Part shown: positions 19,127 to 29,822 of the stretch, in pieces
How the letters are laid out: every line of letters begins with the position of its first letter
Position numbering within the stretch: position 1 is the first letter of the stretch
NCBI GenBank assembly: GCA_044222475.1
Contig: JBGANF010000040.1
Span: 1 to 58,308 of the forward strand
DNA: 58,308 bases
Direction of reading: 5' to 3'
Source: Polyangiaceae bacterium
Lineage (GTDB): Bacteria; Myxococcota_A; Polyangia; Polyangiales; Polyangiaceae
Translations under genes and position numbers: made by a program
Notes under the pieces: generated by a model
Database searches by the model: none
Told to the model about the DNA's origin: nothing
The model's input: the letters and a program-made list of their open reading frames with translations, nothing else

Positions 19127-20230
19127 TCAGGCTGCCCGCTGCGCCGCCGCTGCGGCAACCAGCTGACCGGCGACGCCGAGGACGTTCGCGCTCGCGTGCG
19201 ACTTCACGAGGAGCTTCGCCCGCGTACCCATTTGGGACAGTCGACCCTCGGCGCGAAGCGCGGCGAACGTCGCCCCCACGACGTCCGCCGCGCTCGCGAC
19301 TCCAGCTCCCCCTCCCACGACGAAAGCCTCGTTGAGCATCTCGTTGCCCGGGATCGCGCCGACGACGATCATCGGGCGGCCCGCGGTCAACGTCTCGGAC
19401 ACCGTCAACCCGCCGGCCTTGCCGACGACGACGTCGCATGCGCCGACGCGCGACGGCATGTCGCTCTCGAAACCGACGACGTTCGCGCGGATGCCGTGCT
19501 CCGCCGCGATCGCGCGGGTCGCGTGCACGAGCGCGTCGCTCTTGCCGCAGACCACGGTGAGCTCGACGTCCGGCACGCCAGCGAACGAGCGGACGACGTT
19601 CGCGAGCGGCCCGACGCCGAAGCCGCCGCTCGTCACGAGGACGCGAAGCCGACCGGCCGTGCGGGGCGCGGGAAGACGCTCGAACGCTTCGCGCACCGGG
19701 ATGCCGGTGCGGACGATGCGGCGCGGGTCGACGCCGTGGCTCACGAGCTCTTCCTCCGGCAATCGCGACGCGACGCAGAACGCATCGACGCCGCGCTCCG
19801 CCCACACCGCGTGGGCGGTGTAGTCGGTGACGACACCGGTGACTGGCGCCGCGAGCAAGCCCTTGCGGCGAGCGCGGCCGAGCACGACGAGAGGCAGGTG
19901 ATGCGTCGCGACGATCGCGCGCGGGTTTTCGCGGCGAGCTTCCTCGAGGAGCGCGCTGAACACGATTCGATCCCACGTGAGTCGCATGGGCTCGAACGGT
20001 CCGCCGCGGTAGTTCGATCCGAAGTACGCCTCGCCGTACGAGTCGGGGGCGCGTGACGTCCACTCGAGGTGGGTCGTCACGTAGGCGTCCCCGACGAACT
20101 TGGGAACGAGGGCGAAGAGATCGACGAGCTTCGCGCGATGACCGCGCGCAGTTGCAGCTTCGACGAGAGCCGAAGCCGCGGCCTTGTGGCCACCACCGAC
20201 GGGAGCGTGAACGACGAGGAGGTCGAGCAT
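19127..20230 (-). CDS. Diacylglycerol glycosyltransferase (MGDG synthase/UgtP, GT28)
   Basis: GGGHKAAA, THHLP, VVTDY..H..W, TGIPV, GKAGGLTVSE, IPGNE; SD AAGGAG. Confidence 0.85.
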   Translation of the reverse strand: MLDLLVVHAPVGGGHKAAASALVEAATARGHRAKLVDLFALVPKFVGDAYVTTHLEWTSRAPDSYGEAYFGSNYRGGPFEPMRLTWDRIVFSALLEEARRENPRAIVATHHLPLVVLGRARRKGLLAAPVTGVVTDYTAHAVWAERGVDAFCVASRLPEEELVSHGVDPRRIVRTGIPVREAFERLPAPRTAGRLRVLVTSGGFGVGPLANVVRSFAGVPDVELTVVCGKSDALVHATRAIAAEHGIRANVVGFESDMPSRVGACDVVVGKAGGLTVSETLTAGRPMIVVGAIPGNEMLNEAFVVGGGAGVASAADVVGATFAALRAEGRLSQMGTRAKLLVKSHASANVLGVAGQLVAAAAAQRAA

Positions 20231-20243
20231 GGATGACTCCTTT

Positions 20244-20259
20244 TGCAAGGCGTGGTCCG
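20244..20259 (-). promoter_or_regulatory. Possible sigma54 promoter
   Basis: CGGACC-ACGCC-TTGCA with GG-N10-GC spacing. Confidence 0.4.
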
Positions 20260-20380
20260 TAGTCATTCCATCGGTACCGGCCCGCGGAATCACTGGGGTT
20301 TCGACCGAGAAACCACCGCGTAAACACCCGATGGCGCCGCCGTTACGCGGTCGTATCGAGCCCGTTTCGTGGTCAGTCCG

Positions 20381-21439
20381 TCAGCGGTGTGCGTCGAAGA
20401 AATCGAGGATCACGTGGTTCGCCGAAAAGTCGGTGGAGGTGATCCCGACGGTGCCCGAGTACGAGTAGCCGCTCGGCCACGTGTGTCCGCCGCCGGTGAC
20501 CTCGTACAGCACGATCTCCTTGCCCGCCGGGCAAGCGTAGTGGTGCTCGAGCGTCGTCGTGCCGTCGTTCGTCGTGTCGGGCAATGAGGTCGTCGTTCGC
20601 GACGTGGTGCATCCGTTGCGGGTCGCCCAACCGCTGATGGTGTCGGCCACGCCGATCTTCGCGCCCGGGTTCGTGTCGGCGCACGACGCGACGCCGCCGT
20701 CGAAGAGCCAACACGGATCGGCCGTGCCGTGGATCTCGAGCACCGGCTTGCCCGGCGCGCACGCCTGCGTCGTCGCGAATTGGTTCCCGCCCGCGACCGA
20801 CGCGAACGCGGCGATGAACTGAGGGAGCTCGCACGCGAGACGCTCGCTCATGCCGGCGCCGTTCGAGATGCCGGTGGCGTACACGTGCTTCGCGTCGATC
20901 GCGACGACGGTCTGCACGTCCGCGAGGAGCGCGGTGAAGTACGCGACCTCGTCGACGTTCTGGTTGCACGCGTAGCCCGAGACGCATTGCCACCCGCCGT
21001 CGCCGCCGCCCGAGTTCCACGTGCGCACGTTCGGCAAGAGCGGCGCGCCCGTCCCGTCGGGCGTGATCACGAAGTAGCCACGCGCGTCCGCGAGAGGCTC
21101 GAGGCACTCCGGTGACTTCTCGTCGCCGCCGGGACACGTGAGCCTGCGCGCCGACGTTCGATTGCCGCCGCCGCCGTGGAGGTTGAGGATGACGGGCAAC
21201 GCCGTCTTCCCGTCGTACGAGGCCGGCACGTGCACGTCGTACGAGCGCTTCGAGAACGCCGGCATCGTGCGGGTGAAGTCGCGCGGGACGGCCGCCGAGT
21301 CACCGCCGCCGTCGTTCGAGCCGGCATCGATCGCTCCGCCGTCGGGCGTGCCCTGGATCACGTCGTTGGCGGCGCATGCCGCAGCGACGAGGACGAGCCC
21401 GCCGACCCACCACGGCACGAGGCTCTTCACCGCGTTCAT
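20381..21439 (-). CDS. Lipoprotein PHB-depolymerase/LpqC-like esterase
   Basis: [36 protein letters not shown] overlap with the dnaJ stop. Confidence 0.85.
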   Translation of the reverse strand: MNAVKSLVPWWVGGLVLVAAACAANDVIQGTPDGGAIDAGSNDGGGDSAAVPRDFTRTMPAFSKRSYDVHVPASYDGKTALPVILNLHGGGGNRTSARRLTCPGGDEKSPECLEPLADARGYFVITPDGTGAPLLPNVRTWNSGGGDGGWQCVSGYACNQNVDEVAYFTALLADVQTVVAIDAKHVYATGISNGAGMSERLACELPQFIAAFASVAGGNQFATTQACAPGKPVLEIHGTADPCWLFDGGVASCADTNPGAKIGVADTISGWATRNGCTTSRTTTSLPDTTNDGTTTLEHHYACPAGKEIVLYEVTGGGHTWPSGYSYSGTVGITSTDFSANHVILDFFDAHR

Positions 21440-22554
21440 CCGAAGAGATCGCGGAGCTTGTCCATGAAGGACTTCTGCTCCGGTTGAACCTCTTCGCCGA
21501 GCTCCTTCGCGAGGAGCTCGATGATCTCGCGCTGCTTCGAGCTCAGCTTGCGCGGGATCTCGACGTGCACTTCCGTCAGCTGATCGCCCCGCCCCACGCC
21601 GGTCCGCTTCGGGATGCCCTTCTGCTTGAGGCGCAGCACCGTGCCCGGTTGCGTCCCGGCGGGGACCTTCATCTTCGCTTTGCCTTCGAGCGTCGGTACG
21701 TCGACCTCGGCGCCCAGCGCGGCTTGGGTGAACGTGATCGGTACGGCGCACACCACGTCGTCCCCGACGCGGCGGAAGAACGGGTGCGCGCGCACGCCGA
21801 TGACGATCTCGAGATCGCCGGGCGGCATCGACGGGCGCGCCTTGTTTCCCGCGCCAGCGACGAGTCGCGTGGCGCCGTGCTCGACGCCGGCGGGGATCGT
21901 GATCGACAGCGAGTTCTTGCCGACGACGAGCCCGCTCCCGCGGCAGGTGGGGCAAGGGTTGGGGACGTGCTTGCCGCTGCCGCGGCATCGCTGGCACGTC
22001 CGCTCGACCGCGATCGGGAGAATGCCCTGTTGGAACCGAACGCGACCGCGACCGTTGCACGCGGGGCACGCCTCCGGCGCGCTGCCTGGTGCCGCCATCG
22101 AGCCTTTGCAGTCACCACAGACGATGATGCGCTCGTACTCGAGCGTCTTCTCGCAACCGAAGGCGGCCTCTTCGAAGCTGACCTCGATCTCCTTGCGGAG
22201 ATCCCCCTTCTCGCCGCGCCCGACGCCGAAGGCCCCGAGGATGTCGCCGAGGATGCCGTCGATCGCGATGTCGCTGATGTCGACGACGCCGCCCGCGAAG
22301 GGCCCGTTGGCCCCGAACGGCGACCCGCTGTCTTCGGCTCGGTGACCGAACCGGTCGTACATCTGCCGCCGTTGGGGATCGCTCAACACCTGGTAGGAGG
22401 CGTTGATCTCCTTGAAGCGCCCCGCTGCGCCGGGATCGTTCGGGTTCTTGTCCGGGTGGTGTTGGGCCGCGAGCTTGCGAAACGCCGCCTTGATCTCCTC
22501 GGGCGAGGCTCCCCGGGCCAGCCCAAGGACTTCGTAGTGATCCCGCTGCGTCAT
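21436..22554 (-). CDS. dnaJ: Molecular chaperone DnaJ (class A)
   Basis: J domain with HPD, four CxxCxGxG-type zinc motifs, C-terminal domain. Confidence 0.95.
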   Translation of the reverse strand: MTQRDHYEVLGLARGASPEEIKAAFRKLAAQHHPDKNPNDPGAAGRFKEINASYQVLSDPQRRQMYDRFGHRAEDSGSPFGANGPFAGGVVDISDIAIDGILGDILGAFGVGRGEKGDLRKEIEVSFEEAAFGCEKTLEYERIIVCGDCKGSMAAPGSAPEACPACNGRGRVRFQQGILPIAVERTCQRCRGSGKHVPNPCPTCRGSGLVVGKNSLSITIPAGVEHGATRLVAGAGNKARPSMPPGDLEIVIGVRAHPFFRRVGDDVVCAVPITFTQAALGAEVDVPTLEGKAKMKVPAGTQPGTVLRLKQKGIPKRTGVGRGDQLTEVHVEIPRKLSSKQREIIELLAKELGEEVQPEQKSFMDKLRDLFG

Positions 22555-22623
22555 GTCCGCCCTCGAAGTATCACTAGACCCCCTTTTTTCCTAGGGCCGC
22601 TTCTGCTACCAGACCCGCTCTCC

Positions 22624-23370
22624 ATGGCTGAGTACGTTCGCCTCGACGCCGCTGGCCAGCGCGCGCTCCTCGACCGCATCGTCACCCGGTGCGCGCCGCA
22701 GCGCGGCGAGCCGTCACCCGTGGTGGTGTTCGATCTCGATGGGACGCTCATGGACAATCGCCCCCGTACGGTGCGCATTCTTCACGAGCTTGGCCAGTCC
22801 TGGCAGAGCAAAGAACCGCAAATGGCCGAGCGGTTGCTCGCGGCCACGCCGGACAAGCTCGCGTATCTCTTGAGCGACTCCCTCGCGAAGCTCGGGGTCA
22901 CCCGCACCGACCTCGTCGCCGAGGCGGAGATCTTCTGGCGCGACCGGTTCTTCGTCGATGGGTACCTCAAGTACGACATCGAGGTACCCGGTGCGGGCCC
23001 GTTCGCGCGCGCGTGCTACGACGCCGGCGCGGTGCTCGTCTATTTCACTGGCCGCGACCTCCCGCAGATGGGCGTCGGTTCGTTCGCCAGCCTCCGCGAT
23101 CTCGGGTTCCCGATCGCGGTCGCCGGCACCGAGCTGGTGTGCAAGCCGGACGCGAACATGCCGGACGAGGCGTTCAAGCGGATGGTCGGTCCGTCGATCG
23201 CGCGCGTCGGTCGCGTCGTCGCGGTCTTCGACAACGAGCCGGGGAACTGCAACGTCCTCCAAGCCGCCTACCCCGACTGCGACAGCGTCCTCGTCGACAC
23301 GCAGCACCTGCCCGGCGCGCCTCCGCTCAGCCCCGGCGTCCACGTCGTCGCCGACTTCCTGCGGGCGTAA
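22624..23370 (+). CDS. HAD-superfamily phosphatase
   Basis: FDLDGTL (motif I), FTGR (II), K and FDNEPGN (III/IV). Confidence 0.8.
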   Translation: MAEYVRLDAAGQRALLDRIVTRCAPQRGEPSPVVVFDLDGTLMDNRPRTVRILHELGQSWQSKEPQMAERLLAATPDKLAYLLSDSLAKLGVTRTDLVAEAEIFWRDRFFVDGYLKYDIEVPGAGPFARACYDAGAVLVYFTGRDLPQMGVGSFASLRDLGFPIAVAGTELVCKPDANMPDEAFKRMVGPSIARVGRVVAVFDNEPGNCNVLQAAYPDCDSVLVDTQHLPGAPPLSPGVHVVADFLRA

Positions 23371-23396
23371 TTCACGGCAGCGAGTATCCTCGGGTC

Positions 23397-24632
23397 GTGC
23401 TCTCGCTCCGACACGCGACTCCGCTTCTTCTGCTGCTCGCCTTCGCGTGCCGCACCGAGGTGAAGTCCGAGGTCGTCGTCGTGGACGCCCAGGCGAGCCC
23501 GCAGGCCAAGGCCGAGCCCGCGCCGCTCACGTCGGTCGTCGCCGCTGCGAGCGCGACGAGCGTCGCCGACGCCGGGCCCGCGCCGTCGATCCTCCGGGCC
23601 GATCGGGCGATCGAAGCGGACTCGCTCCCGTCGGGGCTCACGTCGTTCGCGCTGGTGGCGTCGCTCCGTCCGCTCGAGCCGCCGGCCGCGGTGCACGGTC
23701 CCGAGATCAACGGACCGGCCGTCGATGCACAACGCAAGAAGGAAGATCTCGCGCTCGCGATCGAGATCGCCGCGTCGCGCATGCGCATCGTCTTCGGTCC
23801 CGGCTTCATCGTGCCCGCGGGGATCGAGCTCCGCGCTCGTCGCGATTTCTACGGGTTTCTCCTCCTCGATCGCACCGGTGATGCATACCGCGTCCTCGCG
23901 CCAGGCACGCTCCGCGCGCTCGTCGGTGAGCGCCGCGTCGACGTGTCGCCGCTGTCGACGTCCGAGCAGACGCAAGGCGGTGAGGGCGCGAAGCGGTTGG
24001 GCCTCCGCACGCGCAAGGTCGAGATCGTGACGCGCGCGGCGCGGGCGACGGTCGAGCTCGCGAAGGTGCCCGAGCTCGGCGAAGGCGGTGTGCTCCTCGC
24101 CCGCGTGATCCTCGATCTGATCAGCGCACCCCCGCAGACGTCGCTCGCGAGCCTCGACGAGGTTCCGCTCCACGCCGAGCTCCATTGGACGACCCGCGGC
24201 GGCATCGCGTTCGACGTCACGTCGCTGGCGAAGCGGCCCGACGCATCCACGACCACGCTCCTCGCGCCGCCTCCGGAGGCCGGGTTCCGACTCGCGCCGC
24301 TGACGAGCGTCTCGGGTGAGCTGGTCCTCACACCGACGGAGCTCGGGACGCTCCACAACGGTCCGGTCGACATCGGCATCGCGAGTGCGCCGCTTCAAGG
24401 AACGCTCAACGTCTTCAACGGCACCGACGCTCCGCGCGCCGTGTGGCTCGATGGCGTGCGCGTCGGCTGGCTCGCTCCCGAGACGCGGCTGTCGATCCCG
24501 TCGCTCCAGCGCGGCCACTACCAGATCGAGACGCGGTCGTACCTCGACGACGCCGCCGACGCGCCGCGCACGGTGACGGCCCCGGGCGACATGGTGATCG
24601 GTGCAGCCGACGCTGGCGCCGGCACGAAGTGA
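23397..24632 (+). CDS. Hypothetical lipoprotein
   Basis: Lipobox AFAC, GC3-biased frame, leaderless -10 TATCCT. Confidence 0.6.
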   Translation: MLSLRHATPLLLLLAFACRTEVKSEVVVVDAQASPQAKAEPAPLTSVVAAASATSVADAGPAPSILRADRAIEADSLPSGLTSFALVASLRPLEPPAAVHGPEINGPAVDAQRKKEDLALAIEIAASRMRIVFGPGFIVPAGIELRARRDFYGFLLLDRTGDAYRVLAPGTLRALVGERRVDVSPLSTSEQTQGGEGAKRLGLRTRKVEIVTRAARATVELAKVPELGEGGVLLARVILDLISAPPQTSLASLDEVPLHAELHWTTRGGIAFDVTSLAKRPDASTTTLLAPPPEAGFRLAPLTSVSGELVLTPTELGTLHNGPVDIGIASAPLQGTLNVFNGTDAPRAVWLDGVRVGWLAPETRLSIPSLQRGHYQIETRSYLDDAADAPRTVTAPGDMVIGAADAGAGTK

Positions 24633-24636
24633 GCGA

Positions 24637-26094
24637 CTACCGGGTCACCTTCACGACGCCGAGCTTCTCGGCGCGGTAGATCCAATCGCCGAGGCGCTGC
24701 GCTGCGGGCCGCGAGTCGACCTGATCGCGCGGGATCGTGCCGTCCGCGATCATGGCGTCGAGCTCGGGCTGGCTCGACGTCCCAACGCGGTACTGGAGCG
24801 CCTCGTCGAGGCTCATCTTGATCGGCATCGGCATGTTCTGCGGCGGCGGCGACGGGTTCTTGAACGTGTCCGGATCGATGCACGCTGCGATGGACTTCGC
24901 CGCGTCCATGCGCGGCCCGAGGCTTTGGATTCCGAAGCGCGTCTTCACGGTCGCGGCGACCGAGCAGTGATCGTAGACGGTCTTGTCGACGTACCCCTTC
25001 TTGACCATCCCGCCGATCACGAAGGTAGGAACGCGGAAGCCGAGCTGGTCGAAGCCCGCGTCGGGATCGACCGTCTTCGGCGGCGACACGTGATCGAAGA
25101 AACCCCCGTGCTCGTCGTAGGTCACGATGAGAAGCGTCTTCGACCAGCTCGGGCTCGCTGCCAGCGCCTTGTAGACGCTGGCGACGAAGACTTGCCCCTT
25201 CTTGATGTCGTGGTCGGGGTGATCGTCGGCCGCGGCGAAGTCGGGGTCGATGATGGAGAAGTTGGGGAGGGTGCCCTTCTGGGCGTCGTCGAAGAACTCG
25301 CTCATGGCGACGACCGGATTGAGGTTCAAGAGCTCGCCGACGAACGCGCCGGTGTACCAGGCGACGATACCGGCGCGGTAGTTCTTGAACGTCTTGCCCG
25401 CATCCTTGAGTCGCTTCCAGATCGTCGTTGGAGCGCCAGTGAGGAACGGCGTGTTGCTCTGCTTGCCCTTCGACGTGCAGGCGTGGAGGTAGAACCGATT
25501 GGGCCACGTCGGCCCCATCACCGAGGCATGCCATGCATCGCAGATCGCAAAGTTGTCGGCGAGCCAGTAGTAGAACGGCAGTTGGGATCGGTCATGGAAC
25601 CCCATGACCTCGTTCTGGGACGATCCGGCGTGGGCCTTCACGAAGCCGTCGTTCTTCCCGAGGTTCCACTGGGCGTGAGACGCATCCCAGCTGTGGGGCG
25701 GGTCGGCAGGGGTGAAGTTCGTGAGCTTGAACACCGGTACCGGCGTGTTGTCCGGCGCGAGGTTGCTCTCGTTCCCGGTGAGGCCGTTCACGGTCCCCGC
25801 CGCCGCGTACTTGACGTCGGTCTTCAACGAACCGAGGTAGTGATCGAACGAACGGTTCTCCATCATCAGGACGACGACGTGGTCGATCCCGGCGAGCAGC
25901 TCTTCGGGCGTCGGCGGCGGGCCGGCTTCGACCTCGACGTCGGGGGCGCCCGCGTCGTTGGTGCCGGCGTCGGGCTTGGGGGGCGGCGGCCCGGAGTCCA
26001 CCACGGTGACAGGATCGGGCGTCGAACCGCACCCGACCGCGACGAGACCACCAAGCCAAACGAGCGCCTCGCGGCGCGAAAGAGAGCGGCGCAT
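24637..26094 (-). CDS. Tat-exported lipoprotein phospholipase C/phosphoesterase family
   Basis: SRREAL Tat motif plus AVGC lipobox; HVVVLMMENRSFDHYLG, TWPNR, YDEHGGFFDHV, GFRVP. Confidence 0.9.
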   Translation of the reverse strand: MRRSLSRREALVWLGGLVAVGCGSTPDPVTVVDSGPPPPKPDAGTNDAGAPDVEVEAGPPPTPEELLAGIDHVVVLMMENRSFDHYLGSLKTDVKYAAAGTVNGLTGNESNLAPDNTPVPVFKLTNFTPADPPHSWDASHAQWNLGKNDGFVKAHAGSSQNEVMGFHDRSQLPFYYWLADNFAICDAWHASVMGPTWPNRFYLHACTSKGKQSNTPFLTGAPTTIWKRLKDAGKTFKNYRAGIVAWYTGAFVGELLNLNPVVAMSEFFDDAQKGTLPNFSIIDPDFAAADDHPDHDIKKGQVFVASVYKALAASPSWSKTLLIVTYDEHGGFFDHVSPPKTVDPDAGFDQLGFRVPTFVIGGMVKKGYVDKTVYDHCSVAATVKTRFGIQSLGPRMDAAKSIAACIDPDTFKNPSPPPQNMPMPIKMSLDEALQYRVGTSSQPELDAMIADGTIPRDQVDSRPAAQRLGDWIYRAEKLGVVKVTR

Positions 26095-26118
26095 GACGAG
26101 CTCCTCTCGAGGATTCTA

Positions 26119-26940
26119 TCAGACGAAGAAGTCGGGCATCAGCTTCGATCCGGGGACGACGGAGTACTTCTCGAGATCCGCATCGCTCAGGCCCGCTCCT
26201 CGGAGGACGACCTCGTCGATGCAGAAGTTGCCCGAGTAGCTCACGTCCTTCGTGAGGATGACGTGAGCCGCGTCCGCCATGATCTCCGGCGTGCGGCCCT
26301 GATTCGAGACGTCGCTGCCGCCGAGGAGGTTCCGCACCGCGGCGGTGTCGATCACGGTCTTCGGCCAGAGCGCGTTGACCGCGACCTTGCCGCGGAACTC
26401 GCCGGCCATGCCGAGCACGCACATGCTCATGCCGAACTTCGCCATCGTGTAGGCGACGTGCGGTGCGAACCAGCGCTCCTCCATGTTGAGCGGCGGCGAC
26501 AAGTTGAGGATGTGCGGGTTCGACGCCTTCAGGAGATGCGGGAGACACGCCTGCGAACAGAGGAACGTGCCGCGCGTGTTGATGCTGTGCATCAGGTCGT
26601 AGCGCTTCATCTGCGTGCCGAGCGTGTCGGTCAGCGAGATGGCGCTCGCGTTGTTCACGAGGATGTCGATGCCTCCGAACTTGGCGACGGCCTGCTTCAC
26701 CGCTTCGTGGACCTGCGCTTCGTCGCGGATGTCGACCATGCACGCCAGCGCCTTGCCGCCGGCTTTCTCCATGTCCTCGGCGGCGGTGTAGATCGTGCCG
26801 GGGAGCTTGGGGTGCGGCTCGGTGGTCTTGGCGGCGATGACGACGTTCGCGCCGTCCTTCGCGGCGCGGAGGCCGATCGCGTGGCCGATGCCCCGGCTCG
26901 CGCCGGAGATGAAGAGGGTCTTGCCTTTGAGGGTGCTCAT
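26119..26940 (-). CDS. Short-chain dehydrogenase, HSDL2-like
   Basis: GASRGIG, PHPKLPGTI, NNASAI, YTMAK. Confidence 0.92.
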   Translation of the reverse strand: MSTLKGKTLFISGASRGIGHAIGLRAAKDGANVVIAAKTTEPHPKLPGTIYTAAEDMEKAGGKALACMVDIRDEAQVHEAVKQAVAKFGGIDILVNNASAISLTDTLGTQMKRYDLMHSINTRGTFLCSQACLPHLLKASNPHILNLSPPLNMEERWFAPHVAYTMAKFGMSMCVLGMAGEFRGKVAVNALWPKTVIDTAAVRNLLGGSDVSNQGRTPEIMADAAHVILTKDVSYSGNFCIDEVVLRGAGLSDADLEKYSVVPGSKLMPDFFV

Positions 26941-26997
26941 GCGGTGCGCGGAGTTTCCAGTCGCGCGCGCACAACGTCAATGAGGAAACGTACGCCG

Positions 26998-28149
26998 TCA
27001 GGGCTTGGCGATGCGGAAGATCTTTCCCGTGGCGATGTTCGAAAGGTAGATCGCCGTCGCATCGATCGCGAGGTTCCCGAAGCCTCCCGCGCTGGAGGCG
27101 ACGGTGACCGGAGTCCCGACGCCGTCGAGGGCACCGCGCCAGAGGATGCCGCCCGAGCTCGACCACCAGTAGACGAACGTGTCGTCGACGGCCACGCCGT
27201 AGGGGGCGCCTTGGCCGCTTGCGACGGTCGCCGGATCGAGGCTGCCCGGGTCGACCTTTCTCACGAGCCCGAGATCGCGGTCGGCGAGGTACACGACGCC
27301 GCCGGTGGTCTGCGTGAACGTGAGGGGGTATCCGGCGTCACCGTTGAGGAGGGTCGGCGCTCCGGTCGCGTCCGCTCCTGCGTCGAGCGCATACGTGAGG
27401 GAAGCGGTACGCAGCGAACCCGGGTTCGTCGTTCCCCAGACGATGCGCTGACCTTGGACTTGGAGCGCCGAGACGTTTGGCATCCCGGACGCCATCTTGA
27501 CGAGCGGCCCGCCACCGGCGAGCGGCGCCCGAAAGATGTCGTCGGCGCCACCGTTGTTCGCCGCGCTCACGTAGAGCGTCGTGCCGTCGGTCGCGATTCG
27601 CACCGCTTGGATGATGTTCGAATAGAGCGCCGTGCCGCCGGTTCCCGTCTTGGGCGCGCGCATGACCGCGCCGTCGGCGAAGTTGCCGTTGCCCTGAACC
27701 GTCCAGTAGACGTCGGTGCCGGACAGCATCAGATCGGAAGGGCACTTCTGTCCCGTGGCGATCGCGGTCGCTTGCGAGCCGTCGACCTTGGCGCGCATCA
27801 CGGTCCCGTCGGTCGTCGCGCTGCAGTTGCCGTTCGTCAGGGTACCGAGGGTGATCCAGTAGACCGTGTCGCCGTCGACGCGGATGACGGCGGGGTTGAT
27901 CTGTCCGGTCGCGATCTCGACCGGACGGCACACCCCGGCGACGCACGCGCCACCGAGGCAGTCGTGCCCGACCTTGCCGCAGTTCTTCGAGTCACAGCTC
28001 GTCGCGGTGGGGCACGCGCCGTCAGGCGCGGCGTCGAAGACTCCGGCGTCCGTACCATTCGACGGCGAGTCGCCGACGCACGCGAACACTCCCGCTCCAG
28101 CCGCGCACGCTGCCGAGAGCGTGATGCCCATCAGGATTCGTCGACGCAC
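26998..28149 (-). CDS. Secreted beta-propeller protein (DUF5050-like, VYW repeats) with Cys-rich N-terminal module
   Basis: Signal with Cys, NCGKVGHDCLGGACVAGVC, repeated D..TVYW blades; start 28149 or 28152. Confidence 0.7.
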   Translation of the reverse strand: MRRRILMGITLSAACAAGAGVFACVGDSPSNGTDAGVFDAAPDGACPTATSCDSKNCGKVGHDCLGGACVAGVCRPVEIATGQINPAVIRVDGDTVYWITLGTLTNGNCSATTDGTVMRAKVDGSQATAIATGQKCPSDLMLSGTDVYWTVQGNGNFADGAVMRAPKTGTGGTALYSNIIQAVRIATDGTTLYVSAANNGGADDIFRAPLAGGGPLVKMASGMPNVSALQVQGQRIVWGTTNPGSLRTASLTYALDAGADATGAPTLLNGDAGYPLTFTQTTGGVVYLADRDLGLVRKVDPGSLDPATVASGQGAPYGVAVDDTFVYWWSSSGGILWRGALDGVGTPVTVASSAGGFGNLAIDATAIYLSNIATGKIFRIAKP

Positions 28150-28186
28150 CACTCCAGGCTATACCCCGCGCAGCGAGCGTGCATCA

Positions 28187-29749
28187 TCAATGCGGCACGC
28201 GATCGAGCTCCACTGCCCATGCGCTCCAACCCGGCGAGAACGCCGGACCCGGGACGTCGCGCCAGCTCCCGCCGCCGGCGGCGAATTCGATGACGGTCCA
28301 ACCGTTCGACGGATTGTAGAGGAACAGATCCGTCATCCGATCGCCGTCGAAGTGGCCCGGTACGATCTGCCATCCGGTGGCGAACGCCGGCCCCTCGATG
28401 CTGATCCAACCGCCACCGCCGTTCGCGAGCTCCACGTAGGAGCCTCCGCTGCTCGGCTCGTAGAGGAACAGATCGTCGCGGCGATCGCCGTCGTAGTCGC
28501 CGACGGTGACGGACCAACCGGGCGAGAACCACGGCCCGGGCACCGCCGACCACGTGCCGAAGCCGTTCGCCAGCTCGACCCACGTCTCGCCGTTGCGCTC
28601 GAGGAACAGGTCGGACTTCCCGTTGCCGTCGAAGTCGCCCACGTGGACGCTCCACCACGGAGAGAACCAAGGACCGCCGACCCGCTTGAATCCGCCGTTG
28701 CCGATGGAGAGGTAGACTGCGCTCTCGCCTGTACCAGATTGGTACATGAAGACGTCCGTCGTTCCGCCGGCGTCGAACGTCCCGAGGTGGACCTCCGCTC
28801 CGGCGGCGAGCTTGGGCCCGGGCGTCGAACGCCAGTGGCCGCTGCCGTCGGCGAGCTCCGTCCAGGTCGAGCCGTCGGCGCGCACGAGGAACAGGTCGGT
28901 GAGACCGTCCCCGTCGAAGTCGCCGGTGTGCACCGTCCAGCCGGGCGCGAAGGTCGGCTCGCCGACCTCGAAGTAGCCTCCGGCGCCGTCGCCGAGCTCG
29001 GTCCAGCCGCCGCCGTTCACGGGATCGTAGAGGAAGACGTCACCGAGACCGTTGCCGTCGAAGTCTCCGACGTGCGCTTCGAGGTTCGGGCCGAACTGGG
29101 GCCCAGGCGCGGACGTCCATCCGCCCTGGCCGTCGGAGAACGTCGCGTACGACCAGCCGTCGGGGTGGAGCAGGAAGAGGTCGTCCGTCTGGGCCGTAGC
29201 GGCGACGTTGGCGTCGGCGTGCACGAAGCAGAGCGCGCGGCTCGTGTCGTCGTCACGCGTTCCGTCACCGGACGAGTTCTCCTCGACCACGCCGATCTGT
29301 GTGCCTTGCACCCAATCGATCACCGCGACGTGTCCGGCCGAGTTGGTGCTCGTGCCGGGGTACACGATGAGGTCGCCGTGCACCGGCGCGTACCCGCCGT
29401 AGTGAACGGTGGTGCCGGCCGGGTGGCTCTTGCACATCTGAGCGGCGAAGTTGACGGGCCACACCGTCTGGATCCCCCACCGCTGATGGAAGTACCGCTG
29501 CGCGAGCTCGACGCACTGGTAGCCGTACCCGGTCGGGAGCCAGCCCGCGCACGAATTCCAGGTGCACTGACTCGAGCCGTTCGAGTAGGCCGCGATGCCG
29601 TCGATCGACGCCATCTCGGTGCCGCACGGCGGGGCCGAGCCGCACGACGCCACGCTCGCCCACGACGAATCCGGCGCTTCGCTCGGTGCCGCCGAGCACG
29701 CAACGACCACGGCCAACGAACCCACCCCGAAGAGCCATGCCTTCGACAT
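28187..29749 (-). CDS. Lipoprotein CHAP amidase with seven FG-GAP/VCBS-like repeats
   Basis: Lipobox VVAC; YQCVELAQRY (catalytic Cys), GHVAVI (His), VEEN; seven GDFDGDG.DLFL repeats of 46-48 aa. Confidence 0.85.
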   Translation of the reverse strand: MSKAWLFGVGSLAVVVACSAAPSEAPDSSWASVASCGSAPPCGTEMASIDGIAAYSNGSSQCTWNSCAGWLPTGYGYQCVELAQRYFHQRWGIQTVWPVNFAAQMCKSHPAGTTVHYGGYAPVHGDLIVYPGTSTNSAGHVAVIDWVQGTQIGVVEENSSGDGTRDDDTSRALCFVHADANVAATAQTDDLFLLHPDGWSYATFSDGQGGWTSAPGPQFGPNLEAHVGDFDGNGLGDVFLYDPVNGGGWTELGDGAGGYFEVGEPTFAPGWTVHTGDFDGDGLTDLFLVRADGSTWTELADGSGHWRSTPGPKLAAGAEVHLGTFDAGGTTDVFMYQSGTGESAVYLSIGNGGFKRVGGPWFSPWWSVHVGDFDGNGKSDLFLERNGETWVELANGFGTWSAVPGPWFSPGWSVTVGDYDGDRRDDLFLYEPSSGGSYVELANGGGGWISIEGPAFATGWQIVPGHFDGDRMTDLFLYNPSNGWTVIEFAAGGGSWRDVPGPAFSPGWSAWAVELDRVPH

Positions 29750-29822
29750 CGCACCCTCCTACCGCGAGAGGCGCGCGCGCTCGCGACCGAGCGCGACAAC
29801 GTTGGCACCGAGCGCGCCAAGG

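Noticed and set aside
24601..28293. 1230-aa plus-strand ORF
   Set aside because: Antisense shadow of the phospholipase C, SDR and propeller genes; Arg/Ala-rich with no motifs, as expected in high-GC DNA
28187..29200. Periodic ~140-nt repeats resembling an array
   Set aside because: Degenerate coding FG-GAP repeats; no identical repeats with unique spacers and no cas genes, so not CRISPR
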